From an uncultured Candidatus Saccharibacteria bacterium (lineage in GTDB: Bacteria; Patescibacteriota; Minisyncoccia; UBA6257; 2-01-FULL-56-20), in NCBI GenBank assembly GCA_964418085.1, contig CAYQKB010000001.1, positions 1 through 49,695 of the forward strand: a DNA stretch of 49,695 bases. The letters run 5' to 3'. Below the pieces are notes generated by a model. It did no database searches. It had not been told where the DNA came from and saw only the letters and a program-made list of their open reading frames with translations. Position numbers and translations under genes: made by a program. Shown here one piece after another: positions 16,487 to 23,559 of the stretch (the stretch's first letter is position 1; every line of letters begins with the position of its first letter).

Positions 16487-16570
16487 AAAAATTTGCGCGA
16501 TTTCACAGGGTGTCCCCTGTGAAATAGCCGTCGCGGCTAAAATTTTTTGGAAAAATTTTTTTCACAGGGT
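16228..16570 (-). mobile_element. About 343-nt mini-element carrying the GIY-YIG gene, with 13-nt terminal inverted repeats
   Basis: ACCCTGTGAAAAA at 16228-16240 and TTTTTCACAGGGT at 16558-16570 are reverse complements. An internal copy forms the hairpin TCACAGGGTGTCCCCTGTGA at 16502-16522. It is inserted between a RIY-coding remnant and an NRVLS-coding remnant. Confidence 0.55.
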
Positions 16571-16589
16571 GTAGATGCGGACGATGACA
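16571..16589 (-). pseudogene. Degenerate DDVRIY-coding remnant directly after the LamG gene stop
   Basis: The minus strand GAT GTC ATC GTC CGC ATC TAC (DVIVRIY) starts inside the TGA stop of the 749-aa gene, out of frame. It is the upstream flank of the GIY-YIG element. Confidence 0.45.
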
Positions 16590-18839
16590 TCACCGCCCAA
16601 GGTTGTATAACATTTGAACTTCCCTAGCGCTCAAAGCTCTATTGTAAATGCGGACGTCGTCGAGGGAGCCGGGGAAGAAGTTGCTGCCACTTAGAGAAAA
16701 TTTCTGTACAAGTGCGCCAATCGAGGTTGTATTCAGAGTTGTAGTAGCGGCCGTGTAGCTGAAATTTGTCGCGTCTAAGGATCCATCAATATATAATTTC
16801 CCTGCTCCCTGATTATCCATCCAGACGATATGGTGCCATCTGTTATCAAAAACATTACCGGTTGAACCAGTATTGAGTTCTATAACACCAGCATCGGACT
16901 CAATAGAAATTCGAATATTTTTACTTGGAGCAACTCCTGTGCGGATAGCGAATTGCGAAACTGCGTTCGAGGTATTACCTTCACAAAAGATGCATTCCGC
17001 CTGATTTATTGTTAGTCCTTTGACCCAGAATGTAACGCTGTAGGGAGTTGTGGTGCTGTAAATGGGCAAATTGTTGTTATAAGTAACACCAACATAATCA
17101 TTCACCCCATCAAACCTGAACCCCTGCCCAATCTTCCCAGCAACCGAAACCGTCGAAGAAGTCATATTCGTCATCGTCCCTGTGTTTCTGTTCCCGCTCA
17201 TGTCGAAGGTCTGCCCTGTCGCCCAGTTCGTATTCTGTCCGTCAAATGTCCAGTAGCCGACGAGGCCGGAGGTTAGGGACATGACAGGAGAATTATTTAT
17301 CTTTGCCTGGCCGAGCTGGTAGAGCATCTGCACTTCGCGGGGAGACAAGGCGCGGTTGTAGACGCGGACGTCGTCAATAAGACCATTGAAAAATGCTGCG
17401 CCTTGGAATGTTCCTATGGTAATTGTCTGATTGGAAACTAGTGTCCCTGTTCCCGTTGACGCACCATCAGATGCGCCATTTAGATAACAATTGATTGTCC
17501 AGGCGGAACTAGAACCCGTACGGACAACAACAACATGATACCAAGCATTAATTTTTAATGTAGTATTACAAGTGACTATCATCGCAGCACTTCCTCCTGC
17601 GTGTACGTAGCCAACTTTTCCAGCAGTTCGATTCATTTCCAAGTCCCATTGTGCATTTCCTGCCCCATTACCATTTCCAATGATAACAGCGTTACCTGCG
17701 GCGACAGTTTTAGTATTAATCCAAGCGGAAATTGTTAAATCTCCAGTCAAACTAAGACTAGCCGGCGAGCCAATATTGACTCTATAATTCACCCCGTCAA
17801 ACTTGAACGCCTGCCCAATCTTGCCGGGCACGGGCACAGTCGAAGAAGTCATATTCGTCATCGTCCCGGTGTTTCTGTTCCCGCTCATGTCGAACGTCTG
17901 CCCTGTCGCCCAGTTCGTATTCTGTCCGTCGAAGGTCCAGTAGCCGACAAGGCCGGAGGCAAGACTTACAACCGGCGAGTTGTTGAATTTTGCCTGGCTG
18001 AGTTGGTAGAGAGTTTGGATTTCGCGGGGAGATAAAACGCGGTTGTAAATGCGGACGTCATCAATGAGACCCTTAAAATATTGAGCATTAAACGCTCCGG
18101 GCCTCCCAATCGCAGATACTTGAGTTGCAGGCAAATTTGGAGTTGCAGATAATGTAGTCAATACTGATGATTTCAAAACACCGTTAACATAAAAAGAAGG
18201 AGAGCTGGTCCCTACTTGAGTCACTACGAGATGTGTCCACACATTTGCAGTCAAAACAACTGCGCTTGTATCATATCGCACATAACCCGTCGATCCTCCA
18301 GTCCATAACGTAAGCTTCCCTGCCGTATTATCAAATTCTCTAAATTGGGTCGCCCCCGAATCTTCCATACCATAAATTGTCTGCGTAACTGCAGTGGATA
18401 GGATTTTAATCCACGCACTATAGGAAATATTAGAAGAGTTTAAAGAAGCCACAGATCCAAGATTTACCCTATCATCTACTCCGTCAAACTTGAACGCTTG
18501 TCCCATCTTGCCGGGCGCGGGCACAGTGGAAGAAGTCATATTCGTCATCGTCCCCGTATTTCCATTCCCGCTCATGTCGAAGGTCTGCCCGGTTGCCCAG
18601 TTGGTGTTCTGTCCGTCGAAGGTCCAGTAGCCCACGAGGCCGGATCGAAGCGTCATGGTGGGAGAGTTGTTGACCACTGCGGACGCGTGGGCTTGGAAAA
18701 CACAGAGTATTGTCATTCCCGCGAAAGCGGGAATCCAGGTTAATAGAAGAATCTTTTTGGATCCCCGCTTCCGCGAGGATGACAAAAAAGATCTTATCCA
18801 CAAAACAATGCCTGACTTTTTTTTGGTGTTTATTAGCAT
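16590..18839 (-). CDS. Secreted protein with four LamG / concanavalin-A-like lectin modules (start uncertain)
   Basis: Three 230-aa modules begin NNSP..SGLVGYWTFDGQNTNWATGQTFDMSGN.NTGTMTNMTSST and each ends LIDDVR(I/V)YNR.LSPRE(I/V)Q.LYQL. A fourth, divergent module ends LDDVRIYNRALSAREVQMLYNLGR. The N-terminus is signal-like (ILLLTWIPAFAGMTILCVFQAHASA). Confidence 0.8.
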   Translation of the reverse strand: MLINTKKKSGIVLWIRSFLSSSRKRGSKKILLLTWIPAFAGMTILCVFQAHASAVVNNSPTMTLRSGLVGYWTFDGQNTNWATGQTFDMSGNGNTGTMTNMTSSTVPAPGKMGQAFKFDGVDDRVNLGSVASLNSSNISYSAWIKILSTAVTQTIYGMEDSGATQFREFDNTAGKLTLWTGGSTGYVRYDTSAVVLTANVWTHLVVTQVGTSSPSFYVNGVLKSSVLTTLSATPNLPATQVSAIGRPGAFNAQYFKGLIDDVRIYNRVLSPREIQTLYQLSQAKFNNSPVVSLASGLVGYWTFDGQNTNWATGQTFDMSGNRNTGTMTNMTSSTVPVPGKIGQAFKFDGVNYRVNIGSPASLSLTGDLTISAWINTKTVAAGNAVIIGNGNGAGNAQWDLEMNRTAGKVGYVHAGGSAAMIVTCNTTLKINAWYHVVVVRTGSSSAWTINCYLNGASDGASTGTGTLVSNQTITIGTFQGAAFFNGLIDDVRVYNRALSPREVQMLYQLGQAKINNSPVMSLTSGLVGYWTFDGQNTNWATGQTFDMSGNRNTGTMTNMTSSTVSVAGKIGQGFRFDGVNDYVGVTYNNNLPIYSTTTPYSVTFWVKGLTINQAECIFCEGNTSNAVSQFAIRTGVAPSKNIRISIESDAGVIELNTGSTGNVFDNRWHHIVWMDNQGAGKLYIDGSLDATNFSYTAATTTLNTTSIGALVQKFSLSGSNFFPGSLDDVRIYNRALSAREVQMLYNLGR
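16593..18671 (-). repeat. Three tandem 690-nt coding modules (18671-17982, 17981-17292, 17291-16593)
   Basis: The first 200 or so nt of each module and the last 90 or so nt of modules 1 and 2 are near-identical at the DNA level, while the interiors diverge; the tail of module 3 is conserved in protein but more divergent in DNA. The differences seen are mostly synonymous. Confidence 0.7.
18711..18784. repeat. Composite palindromic (REP-like) element, copy 2, inside the 5' end of the LamG ORF
   Basis: TGTCATTCCCGCGAAAGCGGGAATCCAGG...TTGGATCCCCGCTTCCGCGAGGATGACA. Its translations give the familiar repeat-derived peptides IPAFAGMT and SRKRGS (gene frame) or LDSRFRGND (another frame). Confidence 0.6.
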
Positions 18840-18917
18840 AAGATTTCGACGTACGGACCCCTCTCTAGTCCTATCATGCCATGTGCCTGCCTCTTCTTTC
18901 GGGAAGATCAGTGTAGG

Positions 18918-21900
18918 TCATGGATTTACTTGCTCGGTCGTATTAGTCGTATCCGACGTATCCGGTGCCGCCACGTCGCCGTTAGAAGAGCCGGATGTCG
19001 AAGATGTCGTCCCCAATGTCCCCGTGTCAGTAGTTCCCGTTGTCGTCGAGGAAGCATTGGTATCCGTCGTCGTGCTGGCGTTTGTAGTATCAATCGTCGA
19101 GCTTGTCGCCTGCTGGTCACTGGTCTGTCCGTCACTAGTAGATCCGCCGTTAGTAGTCCCCGTGTTATCAGTCCCCGCCGTCCCATTGTCGTTAGTCGTT
19201 TGTCCCGTCCCTGTGTCTCCTGTCCCCGTTGTCCCATTCGTCCCTTCTTCGCCGCACATCCCCGGCACAGATTTCACTGCGCCGTCTTCCACAACCAAGC
19301 AGTACGGCTGTTTGGTTTTCCGGTCGTAGAGTGTAATGCCCGCGGGCGCGCCCGCCGAGCCCACTTCAAGCTGGCCAGTTTGTATTCCTTTAAACGCATA
19401 AACCTTGCTCGAATCAAACGTCGTCACATTGAGCGCTACCGCGGCGGCGGGCGATCCCTGCAAAGCATCACCGGCAATCGCGGGCGCATACCAATGCGGA
19501 TTGATAAAGACAAGCACGGTACCCGTCTCCGAAGCCGTTGCACCGTCAAAAGATCCGAGCGCGATTCCCACCACGCGGCCCATCTTTGTCGCCTTCATAC
19601 CGTACCCGCGGAGCGACGCAGCCGTGATAAGATCTCCCGGCACAATCGGGCCGTTTTCACCGGTAACCTTCGCGATTATTCTTCCCGCAAGCGCCATAAC
19701 CACCTTACTCTCAATATTTTCACCGCCAGCGATAAACGCGGCGTGCCTGGTCACCACGCCGGCAAGACCCGAGTCATACACGCGCCTGCTCTTTTCGAAA
19801 AGTTCTGTTGAACTCGAGATTGAAAGCAAATCGCCTTCGTCGTAATCGCCTGCGTTCCCCGCAACCGGCACATATTCGCCATAGTCGGCTGAATTTCCGG
19901 TGATGTTGCCACGGGCAAGAATGGAGGCAGTGCCGGTAGTTCCGTCCACCGACGCGAACTGGGCGACAGTGGAAGTGGCGGTGGGGAGCGTACAATTCCC
20001 AATCGCACACACCACAAACCGCGTACTCGTGCTGAATGTGGATGTTCCGAAACCTATCCGTCCGTTGTTCAAAATTGTTAGGATATTTGTGGTTGTGGCG
20101 ATGGTGAGTAAGGCATTACCCGCTGCGGCAGTCGTCGTCGCGATGAGCACATTGCCGGAGTTGTTCACGCCGAAGATGAACGTACTCGTCGAAATGGTGA
20201 GAAGCCCACCGGAAATCTGTGTACCCGTGGCGATTGCCAAACTGCCGGAAGCGTTCACCACATATTTCGTCGAGCTATTCACCTGATAATTTTCAAAATC
20301 TCCGATAAATGAGCTCGACATATTTATACCAAGCACAGTTCCCGAAGCATTCCCGCCGATAATCGTTCCGGCCACGCCGTCACCTAAGAAAACCAGCGTA
20401 CCAGTAGCGGTGAAGGGCGTGCTCGAAACGACAGTTAAAAGCGAGAGCGGATTTGTGGTGTTGATTCCCACGCGGAAATTTTGCACGCCGCCGGTGCCGT
20501 CGGACTCGCCATAAATTGTCATCACCGGATTGCCGTCGAGTTGTGCACTGTATCCGACGGGTGTCGAGGCAAGCGTCGAAGACACGCTCATGTCCGTCCA
20601 GCTCACCACGCCCGCGTCCTCCGGGAACATCAGCGCGCCAAATTGCGTCTGGTCTGCGGTTACCACGCCGTTCGCGTGCACCATGAGCGCGTTATTGCCA
20701 AGATCATCCTGCGCTCGCAGTATCGGCGCCTGCACGAAGACAGAGGTGGCGCTTGAGAGCGGCGGATTGAACGGAAAATTCACAAGCGCGGAGGTGGCGC
20801 TGCCGATCGCGATCACAATTCTCCACTGGTCAGGCGTGCTGATTACGTCGCCCACCTGAAGCTGGGTGCCAAAGAGCGTAGTGGACGTGCCGGTAACAGT
20901 GAGGTCGCCGAAGGGATTGCTGCTCGTGACCGTGCCGGTGAGTGTGCTCGAGGCAAGGCCGACGATGTGCAGACGGCCCAAGGGCGTGGACGTGGAAATA
21001 CCGACGAGCCCGCCGGCCGTAACGTTGAAGAAATTGCTCGACGTCGCAACCGTAAACAAGGTGGCAGGACTCGACGTGCCGACGCCGACGTTGCCGTTCG
21101 AAAGGACGGTGAAAATATTGGAACTCGTGGCGATGGTGAGTAAGGCATTACCCACCGCAGTGGATGTGCCGATGCTCAAAGTGGTTGAAACGGTTGTGGT
21201 CGAGAGCGTTGCAATACCGCGCACGGCGAGGTATCCACTAAGCGTCTCGTTCGATCCGGAAGCATTCGTATACGCGAGCGTCGGGAATAATCCATAGCCG
21301 GTCGCGGAAATATTCGTACTCGATACATTCGTTCCGCTCGCATTGCCGAACACAAATTGCCCATTCACGATCGTTGACGATCCAAACGTCGAAGTAGCGG
21401 AAAATGTTTGTGCCGCGTTAAATATCTGCGCCGCGCTCCACGTGACGGACGATGCAGAAGTGACAAACCCGGGATTCACAAAATTGAATGTAACCGACCC
21501 GGTTGCATTTGAAACAGAAATATATGTTCCAGAAACAGCGGACGTAACGCCCGCCGCCGGAGTGGAAGTAATATATTTATTTCCGCCAAAGTCAAAAATG
21601 TTTTGCGCCTGTAAGTAGCCGGTAAGCCCGATATTTGTTCCCGAGGCGCTCGTGAACGAAAGCGATGTGATGGTGGACGTGCCGATCGAAAGCAATTTTG
21701 TGGAACTGTTAAACACAAACGACGAATCCCCGCCCACGGTGGACGAGGATAGATAGAAACTCACAAAGGTAGATGTCGAAGCGCCCGCGAGACTGGCAAC
21801 GACGGTGCAGTTTGCGTCCCCCGGAGAACAAGTCGGGTTCAAAGTCTCCCCCGGCGCGTATGGGCTTGCCGGCGGAGAAGCAAAAGCCGTGAAAGGCAAA

Positions 21901-22016
21901 ACAAACACCATCGCCATCGCCGCCATAAGGAAAATGGGCATGAAAAGAAGGGCAAAAAAACCGCGTTCAAGTTTCCTTTTCCTGCCAAAACAATCCGATG
22001 TCGTTAGGAATTGCAT
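18918..22016 (-). CDS. Large secreted fibre-like surface protein (1032 aa) with Thr/Gly/Ser-rich C-terminal tail
   Basis: Signal-like N-terminus FALLFMPIFLMAAMAMVFVLPFTAFA. Recurrent LLTIATSSNIFTVLSNGNVGVGTSSP-type repeats. A tail-fibre-like block ADYGEYVPV...GDLLSIS...VVMALAGRIIAKVTGENGPIVPGDLITAASLRGYGMKA. The last 110 or so aa are low complexity. Confidence 0.8.
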   Translation of the reverse strand: MQFLTTSDCFGRKRKLERGFFALLFMPIFLMAAMAMVFVLPFTAFASPPASPYAPGETLNPTCSPGDANCTVVASLAGASTSTFVSFYLSSSTVGGDSSFVFNSSTKLLSIGTSTITSLSFTSASGTNIGLTGYLQAQNIFDFGGNKYITSTPAAGVTSAVSGTYISVSNATGSVTFNFVNPGFVTSASSVTWSAAQIFNAAQTFSATSTFGSSTIVNGQFVFGNASGTNVSSTNISATGYGLFPTLAYTNASGSNETLSGYLAVRGIATLSTTTVSTTLSIGTSTAVGNALLTIATSSNIFTVLSNGNVGVGTSSPATLFTVATSSNFFNVTAGGLVGISTSTPLGRLHIVGLASSTLTGTVTSSNPFGDLTVTGTSTTLFGTQLQVGDVISTPDQWRIVIAIGSATSALVNFPFNPPLSSATSVFVQAPILRAQDDLGNNALMVHANGVVTADQTQFGALMFPEDAGVVSWTDMSVSSTLASTPVGYSAQLDGNPVMTIYGESDGTGGVQNFRVGINTTNPLSLLTVVSSTPFTATGTLVFLGDGVAGTIIGGNASGTVLGINMSSSFIGDFENYQVNSSTKYVVNASGSLAIATGTQISGGLLTISTSTFIFGVNNSGNVLIATTTAAAGNALLTIATTTNILTILNNGRIGFGTSTFSTSTRFVVCAIGNCTLPTATSTVAQFASVDGTTGTASILARGNITGNSADYGEYVPVAGNAGDYDEGDLLSISSSTELFEKSRRVYDSGLAGVVTRHAAFIAGGENIESKVVMALAGRIIAKVTGENGPIVPGDLITAASLRGYGMKATKMGRVVGIALGSFDGATASETGTVLVFINPHWYAPAIAGDALQGSPAAAVALNVTTFDSSKVYAFKGIQTGQLEVGSAGAPAGITLYDRKTKQPYCLVVEDGAVKSVPGMCGEEGTNGTTGTGDTGTGQTTNDNGTAGTDNTGTTNGGSTSDGQTSDQQATSSTIDTTNASTTTDTNASSTTTGTTDTGTLGTTSSTSGSSNGDVAAPDTSDTTNTTEQVNP

Positions 22017-22180
22017 CTACCCTTATAGTATATAACCCAAGAGGTGCCAAAGATACATGAAGTTATCCACAAGCGCCTTATTGCCCGCCTTTAATCAAGA
22101 AAGGGGGGCGAAAGTGTTAATTTCTTTCTGTCTGAATCGTTCAGCCCGCCCGGATGAATCCGTTCGGACGGGTCGGACGG

Positions 22181-22209
22181 ATAGATGCGGACGTCATCAA
22201 AGGTGCCGC
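22181..22209 (-). pseudogene. Isolated LamG-tail remnant (GTFDDVRIY) upstream of the 1032-aa gene
   Basis: The minus strand GGC ACC TTT GAT GAC GTC CGC ATC TAT matches the conserved nucleotide motif GA(C/T)GACGTCCGCAT(C/T)TA(C/T). The downstream sequence is unrelated to LamG tails. Confidence 0.35.
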
Positions 22210-22247
22210 TTAGTATCTAACGTAAATTATCTTTTAACTTTTATATA

Positions 22248-22283
22248 ATAATCAATTATCAGACGGTCGTTCAATAATTGATT
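22248..22283. promoter_or_regulatory. 36-nt palindromic repeat, copy 1 (candidate operator)
   Basis: ATAATCAATTATCAGACGGTCGTTCAATAATTGATT: 10-bp arms AATCAATTAT/ATAATTGATT around a 14-nt spacer. Identical to 22970-23005. Lies about 230 nt upstream of the 1032-aa gene start. Confidence 0.45.
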
Positions 22284-22316
22284 TTTCTCTCCAACACAAA
22301 AACCTAAAATACACGC

Positions 22317-22937
22317 CTATCCTTCCGCGGCGGCAATCTCTCTCCCTTGTCCAATTTTCCGCTCTAAGCTTCCCTTTTTATACACAGAAAAGATTTCAAT
22401 ATGTTGAAAAATGTTTAAAAAAACGAAATCATCAATCAGCTGGGAAGGAATTTTACAGTTGCCGATCCAAACACTTTTTTGCACCATCGTATAATCAAGC
22501 CGTCGCAAGACCGATCGAAGCCACTGCCTCTTATGCCTATGCCTTTCGGGAATATCAAAAATAATAATACTCGACGCGGTAGCTTCTTCTTTCGGATATG
22601 ACCGCACCGGCAAAATTCTCGACGGAGATTCAAGAAACTGTTTGAGCTTCTTTACACCTCGAAGAGTTAGTCTCAAATCCCCATCAGTTCGCTCCACAAA
22701 TCCTTCTTTTTTTAAATTGTGTACGGCGCTTTGGATCCTATGACGAAGGCGATAACGCGTCAGCATGATTTCCCTATCGCGCAATCTGTTCGCACGATGC
22801 CGGCGAACATTTCTATCCAATTTTCCATACGAAGCTCCATATCCGGATTCTAAAACCGCCGTGATTATATCCGAAGTACTGCCTACGCCCTCCCTGATCA
22901 ATTGAAAAATTTTTACCGCCAAATCCCCTTTTCTCAC
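22317..22937 (-). CDS. PaaX-like / Cas2-fold-containing winged-helix regulator (tentative)
   Basis: IIIFDIPERHRHKRQWLRSVLRRLDYTMVQKSVWIGNCKIP resembles the PaaX C-terminal (Cas2/VapD-like) motif. The N-terminal half is basic and helix-rich. Confidence 0.6.
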   Translation of the reverse strand: MRKGDLAVKIFQLIREGVGSTSDIITAVLESGYGASYGKLDRNVRRHRANRLRDREIMLTRYRLRHRIQSAVHNLKKEGFVERTDGDLRLTLRGVKKLKQFLESPSRILPVRSYPKEEATASSIIIFDIPERHRHKRQWLRSVLRRLDYTMVQKSVWIGNCKIPSQLIDDFVFLNIFQHIEIFSVYKKGSLERKIGQGREIAAAEG

Positions 22938-22969
22938 TGTTTATAATTATTTTAATTCCCTTCGATAAG

Positions 22970-23005
22970 ATAATCAATTATCAGACGGTCGTTCAATAAT
23001 TGATT
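22970..23005. promoter_or_regulatory. 36-nt palindromic repeat, copy 2 (candidate autoregulatory operator)
   Basis: Identical 36-mer located 33 nt upstream of the PaaX-like gene start. Confidence 0.45.
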
Positions 23006-23074
23006 ATTTGGTTTTTATATCCACGCACACCCACAATTAAAACTCAACGCAATTCAAAAAAACGAGATCAATCT

Positions 23075-23440
23075 TTAACTTTTTATTTTCTGAACGAGGA
23101 GGCCAAGAAGATTTTTCACCTCATCCTGCGCTTGCGCTTCGTCTTTGCTGTTCACAAACTTATTCCACTGGTCAAGGATTTCCGGATCGTTTAAACCACG
23201 AACCACAGTCTCCAAATTCAACCGGTCTTCAAAACTCACCTCCCCCTTCGCTTTCAAAACTTTTTCAATGAACAAGGATGCGAAATTAAGAACGCGGCTG
23301 TTGAAATTCACTTTCTCAAGCTGGACGCTTTGCGCCACAAGCTGGCTCTGGGCCGCCGTGTACTCAAATATAAAAAACACATTCCCCAGAAGTAAGAGCA
23401 GAACAACGGCACCGACAATTACTTTATTTCTTTGAAGCAT
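23075..23440 (-). CDS. Hypothetical single-pass membrane protein
   Basis: A 121-aa ORF with N-terminal TM helix VIVGAVVLLLLLGNVFFIF. Confidence 0.5.
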   Translation of the reverse strand: MLQRNKVIVGAVVLLLLLGNVFFIFEYTAAQSQLVAQSVQLEKVNFNSRVLNFASLFIEKVLKAKGEVSFEDRLNLETVVRGLNDPEILDQWNKFVNSKDEAQAQDEVKNLLGLLVQKIKS

Positions 23441-23559
23441 ATTGATGTTTAAATGTATTTTCGCCCTTTAAGTGTAACATACTGGCTAACAACTAATACC
23501 TTTGACGTATGATCGGTTACTGTAATTGTTTTAGTTTTAAGCCATTGGGTATATAGTCA

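Noticed and set aside
16590-18839. Diversity-generating retroelement (template/variable repeat) explanation for the repeated LamG segments
   Set aside because: There is no reverse transcriptase gene in the window. The differences seen between the repeated segments are scattered, mostly synonymous substitutions rather than adenine-specific mismatches concentrated in one copy.
18655-19845. Plus-strand ORFs of 146-311 aa (18655..19329, 18876..19811, 19405..19845)
   Set aside because: They are antisense to the 1032-aa and LamG genes. Their translations are low-complexity Arg/Pro/Val-rich, typical of the reverse strand of Thr/Gly/Ser-rich coding sequence. They have no recognisable motifs.
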